Shown: in pieces, positions 21,463-29,117 of the stretch
Layout of the letters: every line of letters begins with the position of its first letter
Position numbering within the stretch: the first letter of the stretch is position 1
NCBI GenBank assembly: GCA_963676835.2
Contig: CAXXFF010000001.1
Coordinates: 320,001-384,000 of the forward strand
DNA: 64,000 nucleotides
DNA from: Marispirochaeta sp.
GTDB taxonomy: Bacteria > Spirochaetota > Spirochaetia > JC444 > Marispirochaetaceae
Reading direction: 5' to 3'
Notes under the pieces: generated by a model
Seen by the model: only the letters and a program-made list of their open reading frames with translations
Databases searched by the model: none
Told to the model about the DNA's origin: nothing
Position numbers and translations under genes: made by a program

Positions 21463-22362
21463 CTAATACGGCGGTATCACTGTATGATCATCAATCGCAA
21501 ATGCACAAACAGGGCAGAACTCAACTTCAATCTTAGGAACGAGATATAGCTGCTCAATCATAGTCAACCGAGACAAAACTTTCCCTCCATTATTCCAGAA
21601 CATTTCCACTAACTTCTGCGCTACCTCTACATCAATAGTTTCCCCTATTTCCGCTTCCAACAGGCCAATGAGATGATTGCTGGTTTTTTCCAGATCACGT
21701 GTTCGATGTATTGGGTTAACTTTCTGATCCTTCCTCATCACCTTCCTGGTTATTTCAAGAAGATCAAATGCAGCAGAAAATCCTTTACCTGTCATAGACC
21801 GTATTTCGTTTAATGTATCAATAGAGGGATGGATTCTTTGAGCTCGATTATCTGCTATGCTCCCAAAGACCGACAGAGTACGCTTGGTAAAGATTCCTTC
21901 TACTTTGATCTCTTTCAACTCTTCAATATTCTGGAGTTGTGCTTGTAGCACTTCGAGTTCATCTGAATAACCTTCCCGTCGAATAGGTCCCCGAGGCATT
22001 ATTGTATTATATGGTGAATACTTCATAACCGCATCATTCAATGACTGGTCTTTGTTTACTTTTTTTATCTTAGGTAGTATATCGGATAAGATCGGATACT
22101 CATCCGATAGAACCTCTTTCTCTGCAATAATTGAAGAGACTTTCATCTGTTTAAGGTACTCAGGTAATTGCTGAAGGCTATTTATGATTGCCTTTTTCTT
22201 TTCATCAGCAATACTATTTTGTTTGTCAGCATATTCTATCTGCTTCTCAACTACCTTAACTTTTTCTTCAAATACACGCCGGATATTCCCGTATATATAT
22301 TCGATATATTGACCTTCTGTTCTCCCACAAATATAGCATTTTGTTTCGTTTTCAGTTTCCAT
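21463..22362 (-). CDS. Hypothetical protein with terminal CxxC pairs
   Basis: AAGGAG SD before ATG 22362; CYIC near N-terminus, CPVC near C-terminus, coiled-coil-like middle. Confidence 0.7.
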   Translation of the reverse strand: METENETKCYICGRTEGQYIEYIYGNIRRVFEEKVKVVEKQIEYADKQNSIADEKKKAIINSLQQLPEYLKQMKVSSIIAEKEVLSDEYPILSDILPKIKKVNKDQSLNDAVMKYSPYNTIMPRGPIRREGYSDELEVLQAQLQNIEELKEIKVEGIFTKRTLSVFGSIADNRAQRIHPSIDTLNEIRSMTGKGFSAAFDLLEITRKVMRKDQKVNPIHRTRDLEKTSNHLIGLLEAEIGETIDVEVAQKLVEMFWNNGGKVLSRLTMIEQLYLVPKIEVEFCPVCAFAIDDHTVIPPY

Positions 22363-22372
22363 AGCGTTCTCC

Positions 22373-23524
22373 TTAAATAAATTGCAATCCATATTCATGA
22401 GGGTTTACACTCAGTTCCGGATCATCCTCTATTAAATTCATCCCTAGTTGCAGGTTATATAATGAAGTTAAAACACTCTTAGCTATATTCCTGTTTGTTG
22501 AACTTGTAAGTATTATCAAGCTTAAACGTAATGGTTCCAAAACCTTGATGGCAGTATAAAGCTCCTTTTCAGTGAGAATATCGGTGTTTTTATAGAAATC
22601 ACCCAAGACTTCCTTCTTGTTTATATCCAGATACCTACAAAGATCTTTACTGTCAGGAAACTCTTCAATATACAAATCATTATAAGCATGGTGGCGATCT
22701 GCTACATCCTCAAGACGTTCTTTCAATTTACGGTTCATGTCCATGAATACTTTTAGTCTTTCCTTGTTACCCTCAAAGTTCTTAATACCGGTATATGTAA
22801 TAATCCCGCACCTTATCCTTAAATTCAGATACCGATTGTAAGGAGGTAGTCCATGGTGGTAGTTTATGCCATAAAAATCGTAGGCAACCCCGCTATGGAA
22901 TCTTCTTTTACGGGAGGTAATATTAAGAATATTCATATCTGCCAGAATCTCATCTATACGCACTGAAACTGGTATAGGTTCCTTTCTTGGATCTAACGGA
23001 GGCAATGATTCACGCAGACACAATTTCAAAGCAGTATTCATGAGGGTTGAACGTGCTTCCTGGTTTTCAAATATGGCATTCTTCCGAAAACTTAGAAAGT
23101 TAAAATACTGCGCGATTAATGAGAAAAGTTTTTTTATTTGCTCATGCTGATTGAGTACATTATCAAGGAGATTTGGGTGCTCCGACAAATCATGAAGATC
23201 TCGCCACCATTGATCATCCATCATCTCAACAAAAGAGAAGTTCATATTATCAAGCGCTGTTTTTACCTTCTCTTCGGTAGATTCATGAGTACTCTTCATT
23301 TCACTACTATCTGAAAACGAAAGAGCATGAGCAAAAGATTCTAATAACTGTTCATATGATGGCGTAGAATTATCTGGTAAATCTTTTTTTAGATATTTTT
23401 GAACGAAAGGAACACCTATAGTTCCATTCTTCCATTGGCGAGCGAATCCTTTGATTTCTTCTACCGTGTAATAATGAAGTAATTTAGGATTCTCACAGAT
23501 TAGATTAAACAGCTGGACAGACAT
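22373..23524 (-). CDS. Hypothetical protein
   Basis: 383-aa ORF in AT-rich DNA with AAGGGG SD; no motif recognised. Confidence 0.75.
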   Translation of the reverse strand: MSVQLFNLICENPKLLHYYTVEEIKGFARQWKNGTIGVPFVQKYLKKDLPDNSTPSYEQLLESFAHALSFSDSSEMKSTHESTEEKVKTALDNMNFSFVEMMDDQWWRDLHDLSEHPNLLDNVLNQHEQIKKLFSLIAQYFNFLSFRKNAIFENQEARSTLMNTALKLCLRESLPPLDPRKEPIPVSVRIDEILADMNILNITSRKRRFHSGVAYDFYGINYHHGLPPYNRYLNLRIRCGIITYTGIKNFEGNKERLKVFMDMNRKLKERLEDVADRHHAYNDLYIEEFPDSKDLCRYLDINKKEVLGDFYKNTDILTEKELYTAIKVLEPLRLSLIILTSSTNRNIAKSVLTSLYNLQLGMNLIEDDPELSVNPHEYGLQFI

Positions 23525-23809
23525 AATTCACCCCTTAACTGATGCCTGTCTACCAGAGTAATAGGATAATTAGTATCTGTTAGATCGATAACTTTCTCTG
23601 TTTTATCTTAGCAGTCTTGAAGGGTCTCTCCCTTTGTGACAGGCAACACTCAGCATACTGCAAAAACTGAGCTTTAATAGTAACATTGCTTTCATGAATG
23701 AGCAAGTATCTACTGAATGTACCCCCCTGGCCAACTGCATCCATTAACTGGACTTTTCATGAGGCAGCATAATATGTGCTATAATCCCCCCTGGTAATCA
23801 AAAAATAAA

Positions 23810-24877
23810 ATGAAATATCGGTTTATTGATTTTCGCAATTTTCACACTCTCACTCCACCCATAGGCAAGTTCCCACTTACTCGGTACCTTGATGAATACC
23901 TTCAGCAAATCAACGATGATCCAGGAAGTTCGCATGGTTTAATTGATGCGCTGGTACGACAGAATATAAAGACCAATAATTTGTCATGCGGTTCAGCGCG
24001 ATTATGTAAATCACCCATCAAAATCACTCAAGCAGCCTCGATAACAGATCCACGATGCAAAATGAGTGCGTATAATACTCCTCTTCCCAGTCATGCCCTA
24101 CTCCATACTGTCCAGATTTATGAGAGCGGATTAGTCTGGAAAACTATGGTTCCTCTGCAGATCCTATTGAAAGGCTGGGGCGATGCGAATAAAGGTCATC
24201 AGGGCTACGTACATGCTATCTCCCAAAACATGAATCAGATCCATGATCCATTTAACCCGAAGGAACTTAAGGCAGCAGACAAAGACAGTTATTACTATGT
24301 CGGGATTACAGGACGGAATTGGCTCACACGCTTACAAGAACACATCGGGGAAATACGCCGAGGAAGTAGGAAGACATTTCATAACGCCTGGCGAGAAAAC
24401 TTATCTATGACCAATGTGTTGTACAGTTCAACATTATTTGAAGTAAATCTGACATATGATGATGCTATGAACTGGGAAGAACGAAAGGTTGATCAAATTG
24501 CCTCCGACACGCAGGGATTAAATATGATACCCGGAGGATTTAAAGGATTGCGTGAGCTTCACAAATTAGGCATTACCAGCAAAGAAAAAATCTCTCTTGA
24601 TGAGCGAGAGACCGCTATAGCGGAGTACATACGAAGGTATCCCCGCAAAGGTATCCCACACCCACTCATGGCAGATCACTGGCAAGAGTACGAGTTCTAT
24701 CTCAATTACATCGAATCAAGGTCAAACACATTATCAGCTGATCAAGTACGTAAAATTAGAGAACTGTATAGCCTCGGCAAATCTGTACCGGAGATTGCAG
24801 AGGAAGTAGATGCGTTGAACGAACTGCAAGTAAAAAGAGTTATAAAAGGGATCACCTACAAAAGGGTTCAAGAGTAA
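23810..24877 (+). CDS. GIY-YIG-like nuclease with C-terminal HTH
   Basis: GYVH...YYVGITGRNWLTRLQEH...WEERKV...GLNMIPGG; C-terminal QVRKIRELYSLGKSVPEIAE. Confidence 0.65.
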   Translation: MKYRFIDFRNFHTLTPPIGKFPLTRYLDEYLQQINDDPGSSHGLIDALVRQNIKTNNLSCGSARLCKSPIKITQAASITDPRCKMSAYNTPLPSHALLHTVQIYESGLVWKTMVPLQILLKGWGDANKGHQGYVHAISQNMNQIHDPFNPKELKAADKDSYYYVGITGRNWLTRLQEHIGEIRRGSRKTFHNAWRENLSMTNVLYSSTLFEVNLTYDDAMNWEERKVDQIASDTQGLNMIPGGFKGLRELHKLGITSKEKISLDERETAIAEYIRRYPRKGIPHPLMADHWQEYEFYLNYIESRSNTLSADQVRKIRELYSLGKSVPEIAEEVDALNELQVKRVIKGITYKRVQE

Positions 24878-24879
24878 AC

Positions 24880-25177
24880 TCAATCTACCAAGAATCTGTA
24901 ACCTGCTGCTATTATAATATCAAGGTTATAGTATTTCTGCGTCCATCTGACTTTTCTCGTGCCCTCAGTTTGAACTTGTAAGAAATCCTTACAAGTTGCC
25001 CTCTTCCAGTTCCTTTTCATTATAGATGGTTCTCAGATGCAGCGTTATGTTCTGTGGAGTAGTGTCAAAAAGTTCGGCTATAGATTTCTGGGTCAGCCAA
25101 ACGGTTTCTCCATCAAACTGAACCTGGACTTCAACCAGGTTATCCGAGCTTTTAAATATTTTGATTTTGTTTTCCAT
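24880..25177 (-). pseudogene. Frameshifted, truncated RhuM-family remnant
   Basis: MENKIKIF...ETVWLTQKSIAELF...NITLHLRTIY...ELEE, continuing in another frame as ATCKDFLQVQTEG...YYNLDIIIAAGYR then stop; collinear with the N-terminus of 31254..32231. Confidence 0.85.
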
Positions 25178-25357
25178 ACGGAGACCTCCTGTATGAATAA
25201 CCGAAGAATCCAGAGACTGCTTCATAACTCATATTGCAGCCTTTTCTCGCCTGATCCGCCCGGGTAGAACTGAGGCCGTTCAGTAATCGGCATTCTTAAT
25301 AAATCTGCTGCAGCAGGTTTGATCAGGCTGTCGCAGTCAAAAAAAGTGCTCTTTTAA

Positions 25358-25386
25358 TTGACAATCAGCCTCTGCGGACTTAATAT
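25358..25386 (+). promoter_or_regulatory. sigma70 promoter for the riboswitch/ADP-ribosylglycohydrolase transcript
   Basis: TTGACA-N17-TAATAT; predicted start about 25393, matching the 5' end of the aptamer. Confidence 0.75.
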
Positions 25387-25392
25387 TGTGAA

Positions 25393-25447
25393 GGACGTGA
25401 TTTGCCCTCCGGCTTGCAGCGTCCGAAAACAAATTGCTAAAAGGAGG
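25393..25447 (+). promoter_or_regulatory. SAM-II (SAM-alpha) riboswitch
   Basis: GGACG-UGAUUU-GCCCUCCGGC-UUGCAG-CGUCC-GAAAACAAAUU-GCUAAAA-GGAGG: P1 GGACG/CGUCC, SAM-II core elements UGAUUU, UUGC and GCUAAA, and CCUCC complementary to SD GGAGG 8 nt before the GTG. Confidence 0.85.
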
Positions 25448-25455
25448 AATCCAGC

Positions 25456-26478
25456 GTGATTCTACCCAATCAACCAAATAACGTTTCTCTCTATTCCCGT
25501 ATTAAAGGTGGTATCTTCGGCACCGCTATAGGCGATGCTTTAGGCGTACCGGTGGAGTTTCTCAAACGGAATGTAATTGCCCCTAATCCAGTTACCGGTA
25601 TGCGGGGATGGGGAACACACAACCAGCCTCCGGGAACCTGGTCCGACGATACGTCTATGGCCCTCTGCGTTCTTGAATCCATCAATAAAAAGGGATGGAG
25701 CATCGATGACCAGGCAGTGCGTTTTGTGCGCTGGCTGGGGAAGGCCCACCTCACCGCTCATGATGAAGTCTTTGATGCCGGCAGGGCTACCGCCCAGGCG
25801 ATAGAACGTATTTCCGACGGATGGGAGCCTCTGGAGGCGGGCTGCTTTGAGGAGGATTCAAACGGTAACGGATCCCTTATGCGGAACCTTCCCGGGGCTG
25901 TCTACTGCACAACTCTTCTCAGTGATGCTGAAACGGTACAGAATATTTCAGATTCATCGGCAATTACCCATGCACATGCCAGAAGCAGGCTTGGATGTGT
26001 AATTCATGCTTTCCTGGTAAGCGGACTGCTCAAGGGTATGCGAATCGATGAGGCGAATATTAATGCAGCGGAGAAGACAGAATCTGTATTGAGCACAAGT
26101 TCGCTTTTTGCCGACATGAGACAGGAGCTCCCTCGCTACCATTTCATCCTTCATGACAATCTTGAACTTGCAGACATTTCAGAAATAAAGGCTACAGGCT
26201 ATGTGGTCGACACCCTTGAAGCTGCGGTCTGGTGCCTGCTTACCAGTCAATCCTTTGAAGAATGTGTGCTTAAAGCGGTTAATTTGGGAGAGGATACCGA
26301 TACGGTCGGTGCTGTCGCCGGCGGGCTTGCGGGAATTTACTGGGGATACGAGAGCATCCCTTCTGAGTGGGTCGATGCTCTGGCGAAACAGGAGATGATC
26401 GGATCCATGACGGATGAGTTTAACACTGTTCTTGAGAGTTCGGGTGCCAGTTCCCTTACAGACGGGGGTATCAAATGA
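25456..26478 (+). CDS. ADP-ribosylglycohydrolase family protein
   Basis: GDALG, WSDDT, GNGSLMR, ITH, GEDTDT. Confidence 0.95.
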   Translation: MILPNQPNNVSLYSRIKGGIFGTAIGDALGVPVEFLKRNVIAPNPVTGMRGWGTHNQPPGTWSDDTSMALCVLESINKKGWSIDDQAVRFVRWLGKAHLTAHDEVFDAGRATAQAIERISDGWEPLEAGCFEEDSNGNGSLMRNLPGAVYCTTLLSDAETVQNISDSSAITHAHARSRLGCVIHAFLVSGLLKGMRIDEANINAAEKTESVLSTSSLFADMRQELPRYHFILHDNLELADISEIKATGYVVDTLEAAVWCLLTSQSFEECVLKAVNLGEDTDTVGAVAGGLAGIYWGYESIPSEWVDALAKQEMIGSMTDEFNTVLESSGASSLTDGGIK

Positions 26479-26666
26479 GCGATGAACAGGAAAATAAAGG
26501 CTCTAAGGTATTTGCCCATATAGGGCCGTATGCATGCAGAAGACGGGATCCGCTCTTCGATATGCCGCGGAAAACACAACGGCTGATGAAGCTTGTAGAT
26601 GAAATTGTGGCCCAGGAGCTTGAGAAAAAGTTATCCGAATATAAAGCGGAAGCCCATAATGAGTGA
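26475..26666 (+). CDS. Small hypothetical protein
   Basis: 63 aa; ATGA overlap with the upstream stop; GGGGG SD. Confidence 0.5.
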   Translation: MSDEQENKGSKVFAHIGPYACRRRDPLFDMPRKTQRLMKLVDEIVAQELEKKLSEYKAEAHNE

Positions 26667-26723
26667 TTTTGATGAATGCGACAAAAGCCGTCATCGACAT
26701 AGTTCAATTTAACCGTCTATTCC

Positions 26724-27818
26724 TTAACGGGCATAGCGTTTTACTGCCTGGTCTATCAGCTCGAATACTCTGCCGTCATCGGCCGATCCGGTCCTTCCGG
26801 AAAGGCCGGTGATCCAGGATTCGGGTAAGGCATTTTTTCCATGCAGCGCTCCGACTGCCATCCCGACAATTGCCGCAATGGTATCGTTATCCACCGTGTC
26901 GTTAACCGCTCTTACAATGGCTTCATCCGGGTCATGTCCGTACCTGGCGAGAATGAAAAGTACGCTGGGAACGGTCTCCAGGAGATATGCACCGGCGTAC
27001 CACCGGTTACATGCGTCGAGTACGGAGACACCTCTGTCTACCGCGGTTCGTACTTCTGTGTTGACGAAATCAGAAAGCCTGCCCTGGAAGCCTGAAAAAT
27101 AAGGGGACCGTGATGTGTAGGTTTTTTCAGTCTCCAGCTTCGATGCCAGTTCCACATACCGGTTAATCCACCAGTGAGCGGCCGGCGGTGCTTCCATGTA
27201 CAGCAACTCCCGCAGCATAAGCCCGAATGCGGCACAGGCGGATATTGAGGCTGAATCGTTATGGGTGACCATGGAACCCAGGGCTATATCGGCTATAAGC
27301 TCCTCCCCTCCCTTCAGCAGCGACGGCAGGATTAACGGGGCAACCCGCATGAGAGCGCCGTTTCCCGCGGATTCCGGGGCCGCTTCCTGCCAGGGCTTCC
27401 CCAGGGCGCGGGCCATCAGAAACTGTTTTACCGAGTTGCCGATGCCGAATATATGGCCACGCATAAATCTGTCTGAAATGTGTGAGGGATCTACCCTGCC
27501 GTCTGCAAGAATTTGTTCCAGGGCCCAAAAGCTTAACTGAGTATCGTCTGTTGGAAGGCCAATTGCTTTTCCGGCGGCATATCGGTTCGGGAGATAGCCG
27601 CGGATTTCTCCGTACCGGGATTTACGTGCGTCCGGGAGCATTCCTTCAGATGTGTTGCCGAGAGAGTCGCCTATGGCAAGGCCGCAGAGCATGCCGGAGA
27701 GGCGGTCAGTACGCAGCAGAGCATGTACTGGCATAATAGAACCGGTCAAATGTTGGTAGTGTTTGGCTCGAACAGCACCATTATCTATCAGTGTGGATAA
27801 TAATCGGGTATTTGTCAT
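26724..27818 (-). CDS. ADP-ribosylglycohydrolase family protein
   Basis: GDSLG, PTDDT, AGNGALMR, VTH, VDNDT. Confidence 0.95.
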   Translation of the reverse strand: MTNTRLLSTLIDNGAVRAKHYQHLTGSIMPVHALLRTDRLSGMLCGLAIGDSLGNTSEGMLPDARKSRYGEIRGYLPNRYAAGKAIGLPTDDTQLSFWALEQILADGRVDPSHISDRFMRGHIFGIGNSVKQFLMARALGKPWQEAAPESAGNGALMRVAPLILPSLLKGGEELIADIALGSMVTHNDSASISACAAFGLMLRELLYMEAPPAAHWWINRYVELASKLETEKTYTSRSPYFSGFQGRLSDFVNTEVRTAVDRGVSVLDACNRWYAGAYLLETVPSVLFILARYGHDPDEAIVRAVNDTVDNDTIAAIVGMAVGALHGKNALPESWITGLSGRTGSADDGRVFELIDQAVKRYAR

Positions 27819-27819
27819 T

Positions 27820-28536
27820 CTATACTGTTCTGTGGCGCTTTTCCCACTCCAGAATAAAAATCAGTATCGAATAAACTTCTTTAACTTTAAAGGACAAGAA
27901 AATTTGGTCTCCATGCGCAATACCATTTCTCAATGGAATCAATTTATCCTTTATTTTAGCCAATTCTTTATCTTTACAAGAACAAAGGTACAAATTTATT
28001 TTATCCGAAAAGAGCAAACACTCTTGAATCGATATTTCTTCATTTCTTTTCTTTTTCTTTTCGAATGTTTTCAATATTTGTTTTTCTCGATCTTCACCCA
28101 TCTTCTTCAAACATTCAGTCATCTCGTTCTTTTCAATTTTCTGTATACACTTTGTAATCGTGTTCTCAAAAACAACGAAAAATGTAAACAGATAGGCTTT
28201 CATCAAAGATTTTTCCAAATCTGCAACTGTAACAATGTATCCGACTACAGAACTCTTCATCAAAAAAACAAAGCGTTGGCTTGATAATGATTTCAAAAGG
28301 TCGATGAATGGAGTATAAGCAGATAATAACTGTTTTAAGCTGATCGGGACTGCTTTACCTTCCAAAACATCGAAGTATTTCTCGATAGATCCATCGCTAT
28401 TCCTGATACCAATTACATCAAAATCTTTTCTTATTTTATCTTTTTCGAATGGCGGTGTTATCGTTTCCAACGATGATGCCAGGTATTGCGCCTGATAAAT
28501 GTTATCCAAGCTGTTCATTAAACTGTTCATTATCAC
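27820..28536 (-). CDS. Putative degenerate CBS pair fused to a HEPN domain
   Basis: FDVIGIR...FVFL...GYIVTVADL (CBS-like), then FE helix and LRNGIAH (RxxxxH). Confidence 0.6.
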   Translation of the reverse strand: MIMNSLMNSLDNIYQAQYLASSLETITPPFEKDKIRKDFDVIGIRNSDGSIEKYFDVLEGKAVPISLKQLLSAYTPFIDLLKSLSSQRFVFLMKSSVVGYIVTVADLEKSLMKAYLFTFFVVFENTITKCIQKIEKNEMTECLKKMGEDREKQILKTFEKKKKRNEEISIQECLLFSDKINLYLCSCKDKELAKIKDKLIPLRNGIAHGDQIFLSFKVKEVYSILIFILEWEKRHRTV

Positions 28537-28578
28537 CTTCCTGGTTCATATGCTGTACTATAACATAAAAGGATTTCA

Positions 28579-28971
28579 ATGATGTTATCGGAAACAGAAG
28601 CACTCCGCATGTACGCTGCTATGTTTAATACTCTTGATGAAAGCTGCCTTGAGCCCATTCTTCACGAAGACTTTCGTTTTTCTTCCCAGATGGTACTTGA
28701 AGAAATTTCTTCAAAAGAAGCATTTATTCACTATATCCGCGGGAAATTACAAACAATCCGGAACGCCAAAGCATCCGTATATGCCGAGATGGGAACAATC
28801 ACCTTCAACAAGGTCCCAAGACCATGTGTTCTGCTTGCGCAGGATTCCAGGGATAATCTCGTCGGTTTAGCTATTGCAGAGACTTCTGAGGGTCTTTTAC
28901 ACCGAATCGATCTCTGTATTGTACCGTCGCCGAAGGAAGCTGAACGAACCGGCAATTATCCGGAGAGGTAA
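28579..28971 (+). CDS. NTF2/SnoaL-like fold hypothetical protein
   Basis: YAAMFNTLD..LEPILHEDFRFSS...AFIHY pattern. Confidence 0.5.
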   Translation: MMLSETEALRMYAAMFNTLDESCLEPILHEDFRFSSQMVLEEISSKEAFIHYIRGKLQTIRNAKASVYAEMGTITFNKVPRPCVLLAQDSRDNLVGLAIAETSEGLLHRIDLCIVPSPKEAERTGNYPER

Positions 28972-29117
28972 ATCAACTCAATGTCTTCACTCTTATTTAG
29001 TACCGCAAACAGTATCTCATGCTATGATAAATCTGCGATCTGTTTGTATTTGAATAAAAGTTACAGTACAATCATACCCATACATACAACAGGTTTCATT
29101 AAATAAAGGATGCATCT

